Below are positions 45,427-53,700 of a stretch of DNA of 64,000 bases, one piece after another; position 1 is the first letter of the stretch, and each line of letters starts with the position of its first letter. Both the position numbers and the translations under genes were made by a program. This DNA comes from an uncultured Planctomycetota bacterium (GTDB lineage: Bacteria; Planctomycetota; Planctomycetia; Isosphaerales; Isosphaeraceae). Under the pieces are notes generated by a model, which saw nothing but the letters and a program-made list of their open reading frames with translations, did no database searches and was not told the origin of the DNA. The stretch spans positions 416,001 to 480,000 of the forward strand of contig CAWGMQ010000005.1 in the NCBI GenBank assembly GCA_963823665.1, given 5' to 3'.

Positions 45427-45496
45427 CTCAGCCGTGGACAGGAGAGCGGAGGGTGATCAGGATTCGGGAATCCCACAGACGCCGAGGGTGCCTCCC

Positions 45497-45892
45497 ATGT
45501 TCCCCTTACGCTTCCGCCTACGATTTCTGATGATTGTCGTTATTCCGATCATTGCGATGGGAACCTGGACCTATCGAGTTCTCCCGAAATGCCCGGTCCA
45601 CGGCAGTGTCATGCGGCGAGGGAGCGTGCCGATCAATTACGGGCTAGTTATGTTCAGTGCCTCTGGACTTCAATATAGGGAGGCGAGAGCCTCGTTGTTC
45701 CCCAATTGTGACTGTGCCGTGGGGGGAGGCTGCGTTGTTCAGCCGGACCAGATCAGGCAGAAGAACATCTGTAGAACCTGCAACGCTACCCGAGCTGCCT
45801 GGCGTTTAAGTCAGACCAAACCCACTCCCACTGTCTATACGCCCTTGGCTGGTTCCACCTCCGGCAGTTCTTCGACTACCGACTCGAATTGA
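45497..45892 (+). CDS. Small Cys-rich membrane-anchored hypothetical protein
   Basis: MFPLRFRLRFLMIVV N-terminal anchor; CPVH...YGL...FPNC...GGCVV...CRTC, possible metal-binding residues. Confidence 0.65.
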   Translation: MFPLRFRLRFLMIVVIPIIAMGTWTYRVLPKCPVHGSVMRRGSVPINYGLVMFSASGLQYREARASLFPNCDCAVGGGCVVQPDQIRQKNICRTCNATRAAWRLSQTKPTPTVYTPLAGSTSGSSSTTDSN

Positions 45893-45977
45893 CGGCCAAG
45901 GATTGTCGCCGAGTATGATCAAGCTCTGAGATTCGACGGCGTGGAGCCGCTTAGGCGACCCCGAGGGACCGATCAGG

Positions 45978-46595
45978 ATGATGCTCCTACTGAAGCTCGC
46001 CGCCCTCGGCAGCATCCTGCTGGCCCTGATGAGTACGTACCCCGGCGTGCTCAACGACTTTGCCTCGATTGCGATACTTTTTTGCCCGATTTGGATTCCG
46101 GCAGTCTGCTTCGTCGGCTGGATGGCGTTGCTCAGTAACTCCCGAGCCGCTCAGAAGCCGGTAAAGCCCGAACTCCTGGCCGATGTCGAGATCGGCGGAA
46201 AATCACCTGTTTCCCACCGGCGCTGGTTCGTCGTCTCGATTGCGATCTTGATCGTCAACTTCGTTCTGATCCTGAGTGGCATCCCGACAAAGCTCGCTTT
46301 TGTTCTGTCACGGCCAGCATTCCAACGATACGCTGCCACTGCACCAGTCTCCGATTCCGATGGCGAGGCTGTGGGACGCCTCTTCGGCGTCTACTACGTA
46401 GATCTCTACGCCGCTGATCCCCGTGGCGGAGTTTACTTCCGAACCCATGCCGGGCCGGACGGGATCGGGCCGGACACGATGAGCTACGGCTTTGTCTACC
46501 GACCGAACCCGAAGGGGACGCCCTTCGGCAATTCAGGATACCGGTATTCGCACATCGTCGGGGACTGGTACTGTTTCTCGGCATCGAACGACTAG
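45978..46595 (+). CDS. Hypothetical membrane protein
   Basis: Three hydrophobic segments, then PTKLAFVLSRPAFQRYA and a beta-rich soluble domain ending HIVGDWYCFSASND. Confidence 0.7.
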   Translation: MMLLLKLAALGSILLALMSTYPGVLNDFASIAILFCPIWIPAVCFVGWMALLSNSRAAQKPVKPELLADVEIGGKSPVSHRRWFVVSIAILIVNFVLILSGIPTKLAFVLSRPAFQRYAATAPVSDSDGEAVGRLFGVYYVDLYAADPRGGVYFRTHAGPDGIGPDTMSYGFVYRPNPKGTPFGNSGYRYSHIVGDWYCFSASND

Positions 46596-46610
46596 CAGCA
46601 AAGAAGCGGT

Positions 46611-46758
46611 GATGCCAGACATCCACCTTTTGCCGAACGTCGGACACTCGCGTTCAGCGTGTTCGAAATGACCAGAGGCCGTGGTTTTGCGCCGAAACTG
46701 CGAGGTCGCGAATGAATGGATGTGGGGGCCGTGAGACAAAGGATGGGTGTCTGGAATC
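46611..46758 (+). mobile_element. 148-bp MITE/REPIN-like element, copy B
   Basis: Terminal inverted repeats GATGCCAGACATCCA / TGGGTGTCTGGAATC (13 of 15 match); begins 16 bp after the upstream stop. Confidence 0.85.
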
Positions 46759-46806
46759 CACCCTTGCCGTGGGATCTCGAGTCTTTGTCGGTGAGATGGA
46801 ATCGCA

Positions 46807-47208
46807 TCAGGACTTCAGCCAGTCCTCCAAATGCAAGTTGGGAACGTTTTGAAAGTCGGCCGTGTTATGGGTCACCAGGGTCAGGTCGTGCGCGAGGGCG
46901 ACCGAGGCGATGAGCATATCGATGGGCGTCATGGTTACTCCGATGCCCTGCAAGCTGACCCTGAGCAGACCAAACTGTTCCGCACTGGCCTCATCGAAGC
47001 CCATCACTTCGACATCGTAGTCCAAGAAGGTCGTGATGGCGGACAGGAACTCGCGAGGATCGGGGCGCATGTAGGCCCACACGTAGAGCTCCGCCATGAC
47101 CAGGGTTGGGACGAAAATCCGGCCCGTGTACTGAACGAACCGATGCATCAGGCCAGCTGGTCGGCGAATGGGGGCCGAGCAAATGTCGGTGTCAAGCAAG
47201 AAGGTCAT
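46807..47208 (-). CDS. vapC: VapC PIN-domain toxin
   Basis: FLLDTDIC, AELY, DMLIASVAL..DLTLVTHNTADF. Confidence 0.92.
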   Translation of the reverse strand: MTFLLDTDICSAPIRRPAGLMHRFVQYTGRIFVPTLVMAELYVWAYMRPDPREFLSAITTFLDYDVEVMGFDEASAEQFGLLRVSLQGIGVTMTPIDMLIASVALAHDLTLVTHNTADFQNVPNLHLEDWLKS

Positions 47209-47459
47209 TCGGGGAGCTCACGGAATACGCCTTGTTTTCGTTCCAGGATGATTTTCTCCAGTTCAAGATCGACCTCGGGCGGTAGATGGGCAAGCATCCC
47301 CGCCGCCGTTGGTCGCTGGCCAGGGCGTGACGCAATTGCGCCTGGCGCAGCCCGGCGTGGCCGCAGGATCACGTCGATTTCCTCGCCGTCTGAAAGTCCC
47401 GGATTCTCCTTGAGCTCGATCGTATTACCACGAATGACTCCCTGAATAATGTGAGACAT
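47205..47459 (-). CDS. Putative antitoxin for VapC
   Basis: 84 aa, IQGVIRGNTIELKENPGLSDGEEIDV beta-rich N-terminus; ATGA overlap with vapC. Confidence 0.8.
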   Translation of the reverse strand: MSHIIQGVIRGNTIELKENPGLSDGEEIDVILRPRRAAPGAIASRPGQRPTAAGMLAHLPPEVDLELEKIILERKQGVFRELPE

Positions 47460-47584
47460 ATTCCAGTGACTCCTTGGTTCCAGCGGAAAGTTGATTCAGG
47501 TAATTCCAGCCACTTCGAGGCTTTGCGTTCAATGTGAATCCGCTCCGCGTTGCTAACGTCTTTTCGTCATTGCATGCCCCCGTT

Positions 47585-47655
47585 TGGGTTGTTGGTGAAT
47601 CTTCTTCATGATTGTATCCCATTCGGGGTCGTCAGCGAGGGCGCCGGATGAACCA
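47585..47655 (-). pseudogene. Possible C-terminal remnant of a paralogous antitoxin
   Basis: SGALADDPEWDTIMKKIHQQ resembles AGMLAHLPPEVDLELEKIILE of the neighbouring antitoxin. Confidence 0.4.
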
Positions 47656-47665
47656 TCCGCAGATA

Positions 47666-47747
47666 ATAGTGGCCCCGCAGTTTTTCCGTGAGCTTTTGGT
47701 ATTGCTCCTTGACCGGAACGTGCCGGTTCTTACGACACCATTCCGAC
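47666..47747 (-). pseudogene. Group II intron RT/maturase fragment, copy 2
   Basis: SEWCRKNRHVPVKEQYQKLTEKLRGHY; 80 of 82 nt identical to 42799-42880. Confidence 0.8.
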
Positions 47748-47996
47748 GTCACGGAGAAGGCTGAGAGCGGCTTGTACCAGTCGGCCAGCGAGGTCATCCG
47801 CGATGGGCTCAGGCTGATGAGGGAACGGGATGAGTTGCACCAAAGCAGGGTGGCCGAGCTTCGCCGAGACATCGCCATAGGCATTGACCAAGCCGAACGT
47901 GGGCAGGTGCAGCCTTTCAACGAGGAAGTCACAGCCCGCGTCAAGGCACGCGGGCGGAAACGCCTGGCCGCCAAAGACAGATCGGACTCGGTATGA
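47748..47996 (+). pseudogene. parD: 5'-truncated ParD-like (CopG/Arc/MetJ) antitoxin
   Basis: EKAESGLYQSASEVIRDGLRLM...LRRDIAIGIDQAERG; the native start is replaced by the intron fragment. Confidence 0.75.
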
Positions 47997-48040
47997 ATGA
48001 GCCGAGGCTCACCGAGCAAGCGGAGGCCTAGACGAGCATA
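47993..48040 (+). pseudogene. ParE-like toxin N-terminal stub
   Basis: ATGA-coupled MNEPRLTEQAEA* with LDE in the shifted frame, as in the ParE motif RLTxxAEADLDEI. Confidence 0.5.
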
Positions 48041-48274
48041 GAATGACTTCGCAGTTCTTTCTGAGAGGCCGAGCGAGGCGGGTGCCGGGACGAGGCGGAG
48101 ACCGGGACGCGATCAGTGAATGCAAAACTGTCCGCGTCCCGGTTTCACTCCCCCCGAAATTTCTGACGGCTGCAGACGATTCCAACGTATACTGAGGCAA
48201 GGCGGACACGCTGGTCCTTTCCGACCCTACCAAGATCATGCGCCATCCCGCGATGCGGAGCAAAGAAGGCAGCC

Positions 48275-48487
48275 ATGTCGACCGCTGAGATCATCCGTGC
48301 GGTTCGCGCACTCTCTCGCACCGAGAAATTCCAGATCGGGCAGACGTTGCTCGATGACCTGGCCAAAGAGGAACTGTCGGCGGCGGTCTTGGAAGGCCAT
48401 GTCTTTCCGATCTACACACCAGAATACGCCCCCGATGCCGCGGCCCAACTGGCCAAGGCCCTCACGGAGGAAGGGACCGGCCCTTGA
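48275..48487 (+). CDS. Small antitoxin-like hypothetical protein
   Basis: 70 aa, MSTAEIIRAVRALSRTEKFQI...PIYTPEYAPDAAAQL; coupled to the downstream pseudogene. Confidence 0.65.
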   Translation: MSTAEIIRAVRALSRTEKFQIGQTLLDDLAKEELSAAVLEGHVFPIYTPEYAPDAAAQLAKALTEEGTGP

Positions 48488-48710
48488 GCGTTGTCGAGCA
48501 GTTTCCGTACTGCGACAGGAACCCATCCTCCGGCGGGCTTTAGCAGTCGGGCAACTGTCGCCTGCGCGCTTCGCGCTAGCATGGGCCGATTCGGATCAGG
48601 TTCCGTTTCTTCTCGGACAATTCAACTTCTTCCAGGTGTTCGATGTCTGTTTTTTCCGCACGCGGAAAATGTTCGAGATCAGGCAACCGGGCGCGGCGAT
48701 TTCACCGTGA
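48484..48710 (+). pseudogene. Internally deleted partner gene (retropepsin-like family suspected)
   Basis: MSVVEQFPYCDRNPSSGGL* then, out of frame, VGQLSPARFALAWADSDQVPFLLGQFNFFQVFDVCF; the middle, including any D(T/S)G motif, is absent. Confidence 0.5.
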
Positions 48711-48738
48711 ACATTAATGGCTGGCAGAGCGATGGAAT

Positions 48739-48856
48739 GTCGGGCACTCGCCTTCTGCGCGTTCGAAATGACCAGAGGCCGTGGTTTTGCGCCCAAAGTG
48801 CGAGTCGCGAATGAATGGATGCGCGGGCAATGACAAAAGGATGGGTATCTGGATTC
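48739..48856 (+). mobile_element. Copy C of the 148-bp element (left end decayed)
   Basis: GTCGGGCACTCG...GTTCGAAATGACCAGAGGCCGTGGTTTTGCGCC...GGATGGGTATCTGGATTC. Confidence 0.8.
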
Positions 48857-48876
48857 CTCGTTCTTGCGGTTTGTGC

Positions 48877-48907
48877 TTGACTTATTATCCCAAAAAAGGG
48901 ATATTCT
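48877..48907 (+). promoter_or_regulatory. Sigma70-type promoter with an overlapping palindromic operator for the TA operon
   Basis: TTGACT-N17-GATATT; TATCCC-N6-GGGATA at 48886-48903; the ATG follows at 48912. Confidence 0.6.
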
Positions 48908-48911
48908 GCCG

Positions 48912-49322
48912 ATGGACGACCAGCCAGACTTCACGGACGACGAAACGGAAAAACCGAAGCCCAAACCGCTGAGGTGGATTGGGTCGTCAAAAGGCGACCT
49001 AAAGAGCTTTCCAGATGCAGTCCGCAAGCCTATGGGGCATGCCCTGTACCTGGCACAGATCAACCTGAAACCACCGAACGCCAAGCCGCTGCGGGGATTC
49101 GGCGGGGCGAGCACGCTGGAAGTCATTGAGGATCACGACGGCAGCACCTACCGGGCCGTCTATACGGTGAAGTTTCAAGACGTCGTATACGTGCTGCACG
49201 CCTTTCAAAAGAAATCCAAGAAAGGCATCGCCACGCCGCCGCACGACATTGAGTTGATCAAGAAGCGGTTGAGAGCGGCCGCCGAGCAGTACGCGAAACA
49301 GCAGAAGGATAAGAAGCCATGA
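48912..49322 (+). CDS. RelE/HigB-like toxin (Gp49/DUF891-like)
   Basis: KPLRWIGSSKGDLKSFP...AKPLRGFGG...TYRAVYTV...VYVLHAFQKKSKKG. Confidence 0.9.
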   Translation: MDDQPDFTDDETEKPKPKPLRWIGSSKGDLKSFPDAVRKPMGHALYLAQINLKPPNAKPLRGFGGASTLEVIEDHDGSTYRAVYTVKFQDVVYVLHAFQKKSKKGIATPPHDIELIKKRLRAAAEQYAKQQKDKKP

Positions 49323-49645
49323 GTAACGACACCACCATCCATGACGGCAGCGGCAACGTGTTCGCCGACCTCGGCATCAAGAATGCCGATGAGTATATGG
49401 CCAAATCCGAGCTGGCCGCCGAAATCCTGCGGATCGTCCAGCGCCGGCGTCTGACGCAGGCCGAAGCCGCCAAGCTGCTGGGCATCCGGCAGCCCAAGGT
49501 ATCCGATTTGCTTCGCGGCCGCCTCGACGGGTTTTCTACCGACCGGCTGCTTCGCTTCATTACCCGCCTGGGCTACGACGTGCAGATCAAGTTGTCCAAG
49601 GCACGCCCTCATACGCAGGGCCACATGGAAATCATCGCCGGCTAA
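49319..49645 (+). CDS. HigA-like XRE/HTH antitoxin
   Basis: SGNVFADLG, LTQAEAAKLLGIRQPKVSDL, FSTDRL; ATGA overlap, toxin-first order. Confidence 0.9.
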   Translation: MSNDTTIHDGSGNVFADLGIKNADEYMAKSELAAEILRIVQRRRLTQAEAAKLLGIRQPKVSDLLRGRLDGFSTDRLLRFITRLGYDVQIKLSKARPHTQGHMEIIAG

Positions 49646-49721
49646 ATCCATGCGGCCGGTAGCGGGTCGCTCAAGGCGACGTGCTCCGCCCCTCAGTGGC
49701 GAAGCCCACATGTTTATGCGT

Positions 49722-49775
49722 TTTTTTCTACGAGTGAAAGGAGAGACGTACTTTCGCGGAGCGAAAGGCGACACT
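49722..49775 (+). repeat. REP-like palindrome, family C
   Basis: CTTTCGC-GGA-GCGAAAG hairpin followed by GCGACACT, preceded by a degenerate copy (TTTCTACGAGTGAAAG). Confidence 0.5.
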
Positions 49776-49804
49776 GAAAGTCAGCGCGATACTGATGGTC
49801 CTCA

Positions 49805-49920
49805 CCGCGGCGGACGGCGACGGTTTCGTTGCTGATGCCTTCATCCGTGAATTTGAAGTGGCGCGCGGGCGCGGTGAATGGGGAGTTCAGAATCGGGTTT
49901 TCGATCAGTGCGTCGGGCGT
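49805..49920 (-). pseudogene. N-terminal stub of a type III restriction (Res)-like helicase-nuclease
   Basis: (ACG)PDALIENPILNSPFTAPARHFKFTDEGISNETVAVRR matches the IENPILNSPF..P.RH start of BPTD_3080-like Res proteins; the start codon reads ACG. Confidence 0.65.
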
Positions 49921-50534
49921 CGGGCAACCCTTGACGATCGTTGGAACGGAGCGGCGGGCTTCGCCGGCTCGGGAGTTTCTGCTCCGTGCGGAGAGCGGGA
50001 ACTCTATACTATCGAAGGCGGCGATCTCTATTCCTTTGTCCACTTCCGTCAGGAATTGTTCGGTCGTGAGTGCTCAACGGGCATCGCTGATGGGAGTTGT
50101 CCGGCGTTGTCAAGGCGGGCTGCGGTGGTTCATTCTTGCCCCGTACCGCGAGACCTTGAGATCGATGCGATGGCGCATCGGGTGGTTGTGCGATCGTCGG
50201 AATCGGAGCCGAATTGCTGGGTTCCGTATTTTGAGTAACAGGATTATTTTGCCTTCGAGGCATATATGTTCTATATTATGGAGTTATTCTGGACGACCAG
50301 GGATGCTGCGTCGATCGGCCCGAGTGTTCGTGCCTCGGCGGGGCGTCGGTGGGTAAACTTCCCCAGCGGAGGCGAAATGGTTAACGAAGGCACGTTTTAA
50401 GGTCACACCCGCGATGGACGTAATGCTATATGGGATAGTCTGTTGAACCGACACTATGGGGAGAGTCGACGGAGCGTATGCGCTCGAACGGTCTCGAGGT
50501 GTGTTCGTGCGTTTGAAGCTGGTCCGGGGAAATC

Positions 50535-50697
50535 GTCAGGCTGAAGCCTGACCTACTTGGGAGGCGTGATCATTGCGTTTTCGGGAGATCGATATCTGGG
50601 GAATTGTCAGGCTAAAGCCTGACCTACTTCGGAGCGGCATTCTTGCGTTTTCGGGGGACGGGCATCAGAGGAATTGTCAGGCTGAAGCCTGTCCTAC
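50535..50697 (-). repeat. Three tandem GTAG-type REPs (family B) in ~70-bp units
   Basis: GTAG-GTCAGGC-TTCA-GCCTGAC variants at 50535-50556, 50606-50627 and 50676-50697; the linkers are homologous to each other. Confidence 0.85.
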
Positions 50698-50748
50698 TTC
50701 GGTGGAATTGGTGGGCTTTCGCGCCACAGACAGGGTCAAGGTGATGCG

Positions 50749-53700
50749 ATGGGTGTGCAACAGGGTGCGGCGGTTGCTGGAATGAATGATCAGCGGGCTT
50801 CGAGCTACAATGTCTCACGCTACAATGCGATTAAACATGGGCTCACGGCGAAGACGCCGGTCTTGCCTGGTGAAGATCCGGCGGAGCTTCAGGCGAAGAT
50901 CAACGCGTATAAAACGGGTCAGCAGACTCGAACTGAAGCCGAGGGGGATCTGGCCACGCTGGCGGCGATGGCTTACTGGCGGGCCATGCGGGCGAATCGT
51001 CTCGAAGTTAATCGCATGACGGGCGCCATGGTGGCGCGATCGCGGGCGGAGGCGGTGCGCGAGACAACGGACGCGGAGGCGCTCGGGGACCGCTTGCTCT
51101 TTGACCGCAGGGGGCCGTCGCAACTCTATCCGTCGCGGGACTATGAGCACAAGGAGCCCCGAACCTCGTCGTCGGGGGAGCCCGGTGACCCTGATAAGCC
51201 GGTCATTTTGGTCCGCCAGCTCGAGGCGACTCGCGCCGGGCGGCAATGGCTGCGAGAGCGGCTGGGCGAAGTGCGGGAGCCGATCGATTCGGGAGAGGGG
51301 TGGGTGTCGTGCGAGAAATTCAAAGCTATCCGGTTGCTGGGCAAGCAGCCGCTTGATGCGCTTTGGGATTCAGAGGTCGCCCGGCTGTTCCTCGCGAGCT
51401 ACGCCATCCGGCGGGACTTGCCGTCGGCCTTCCATGAGCTTCGGTGCGAGATCCACTATGATCGCGTCAAGCGTCATGAGAGCCAGCTTTCGCGCAAGGA
51501 GCAACGCGCGATCACGCCGCCGAATGCGGCGGCCGCACGGGACGTGCTGCTTGCGATCATTGACCAGGCGATTGAGCGGCTGTGGAAGCTCGACGCCGAG
51601 TACGCGGAGGGCGACGAGATTCTCGAGCTGACCGGGTCCAACGTGGTGAGCGATGCGGAGGCGAAGCACGTCGCGCAGGTTCAGCGCCATCTGGAGAGCT
51701 CGAACCGGCTGGCGATTCGGAACCTCGACACCATCAAGAGATGGCACCGCTGGGAAGAGGAAGGGTGGTACAAGGTTCGCCGGGATCGAGAACGGAGAAA
51801 GGAGGAAGCGCGACGCGGGCGTCCGCTCGATCAGCGGTTTGTGCTCGACCAGCATGGGACCGTTCGCGATGCCTGGGGATATGAAGGCGACCTCGAGGCG
51901 GGGCTGGCTCGCTGGAAGGCGGAGCGCGGGCCCCAACCTTGTGAGGATCCGTATTACCGTGCGCCTGGCGCTGGCGGCGGGAGCTATGCGGGTGGCACGC
52001 CGAATGACGTGAGCGCGAAGCCTGCACACTCGCAGATCCAGGGCCAAACGGAAGCGATCACCGATGGGGCGTGCGAGACGGCCGCGCGGAATGGCAATGC
52101 TCAGGGAGCGCCGGGGACTCGCCGGCCGGATGCGGTTGCCGATGATGTTGCGGTGAATCAGGACGCCGACTCCGCGGCGGAAATGCGGGATGGGGCCGCG
52201 GATTCGGGGCAGGCTGGGGTGAGCGATTTCGTTCCCGTAATCCTTACGGGACATGGGCCCGCGACGAATATACAAAACGAAATCGACGGACTGGGGATGG
52301 ATGACGATGGGGTGCTGGAGGAGGCGGGTGATGGCGTGGTCGGCGGTGATGCGTCGGGTGCGCGTGAGGCAGGGCGAACTGGGGAGGACGATGGCGGGAC
52401 CTGCGCTTGTGCAGACGGCTGGGGGCAAGAGGAGACCTACGGTCGCGCGGACGGAGGGGTCAGAGACCCGCGCCGAACTGAGAGTGGGGACGGCGAGGGG
52501 AAAGAGGAGACCTGCGGTCCAACGGACGGCGGCGACCCTTCGGGTGCCCGAGACCCGCGCCGAACTTGGGAGGGCGCCGCGGCCGGGGCGGAAATCGGGG
52601 ATGGGGCCGCGGATTTGGGGCAAGCTGGGCCGAGCGATTTCGTTCCCTTAACCCTTACAGAACAAGAGCCCGCGACGAATATACAAAACGAAATCGACGG
52701 GCTGGGGATGAATGACGATGGGGTGCTGGAGGAGGCGGGTGATCGCGTGGTCGGCGGTGATGCGTCGGGTGCGCGTGAGGCAGGGCGAACTGGGGAGGAC
52801 GATGGCGGGACCTGCGCTTGTGCAGACGGCTGGGGGCAAGAGGAGACCTACGGTCGCGCGGACGGAGGGGTCAGAGACCCGCGCCGAACTGAGAGTGGGG
52901 ACGGCGAGGGGAAAGAGGAGACCTGCGGTCCAACGGACGGCGGCGACCCTTCGGGTGCCCGAGACCCGCGCCGAACTTGGGAGGGCGCCGCGGCCGGGGC
53001 GGAAATCGGGGATGGGGCCGCGGATTTGGGGCAAGCTGGGCCGAGCGATTTCGTTCCCTTAACCCTTACAGAACAAGAGCCCGCGACGAATATACAAAAC
53101 GAAATCGACGGGCTGGGGATGGATGACGGTGGGGTGGCGGAGGAAGCGGGTGATCGCGCGGTTGGAAGGGAGGATTTGGGTGCGGGTGAGGCGGATTGCG
53201 ATTTGCACAACTCGGCGTTTTCTGTTGCGCAACCGTATTGTGATGGCGGCCGCCGGGACGGACCCCCCCTGGCCCCCCCTTTTCAAGGGGGGGAAAGCTG
53301 GCGCAACATTCCCGCTGGGAAATCTCCGCTCCGTCCAGTGCATATTTTCAACAGCCCAGCCGGAGACTCGCGTCGAACGGTGAGCGATTTCGTTCCCTTA
53401 ACCCTAACGGGACAAGAGCCCGCGACGAATATACAAAACGAAATTGTGGGCGAGGAAATCGGGCCGGCATTTCGCGAATCGCAGGCCGAGGTGGCGGGGG
53501 ACGGGGACCGTGATGCAAGCGAAACAAGCCCGCAGACGAAGGGCGGTGGCGACGATCCACCGGCTTCTTCGGGAGAGAAGCGTTGTGTTGAGCCGCGGCG
53601 CGTGAGCGAACCGCTTTCGAAGCGGGAGAGACGGCGGCGGCGACGGGAAATGTCGATCAAGGAGCGTCAGGGGCGGCGCGGGGCGATGCAGAGGAAAGCC

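Noticed and set aside
42799..47747. Diversity-generating retroelement (RT plus repeat pair)
   Set aside because: Only two mismatches, not adenine-specific; the repeat is itself a maturase fragment and there is no intact RT.
42944..48856. 148-bp elements as classical integron attC sites
   Set aside because: No RYYYAAC/GTTRRRY ends, cargo lies on both strands, and no intI is in the window; retained only as an integron-like analogy.
50255..50285. AT-rich CATATATGTTCTATATTATG as a regulator box
   Set aside because: Only a partial palindrome, a single occurrence and no clear downstream gene.
50535..50697. Three palindromic 22-bp repeats with ~48-bp gaps resembling a mini-CRISPR
   Set aside because: The spacers are homologous to each other, the repeat is a GTAG-type REP found elsewhere in the window, and no cas genes are present.
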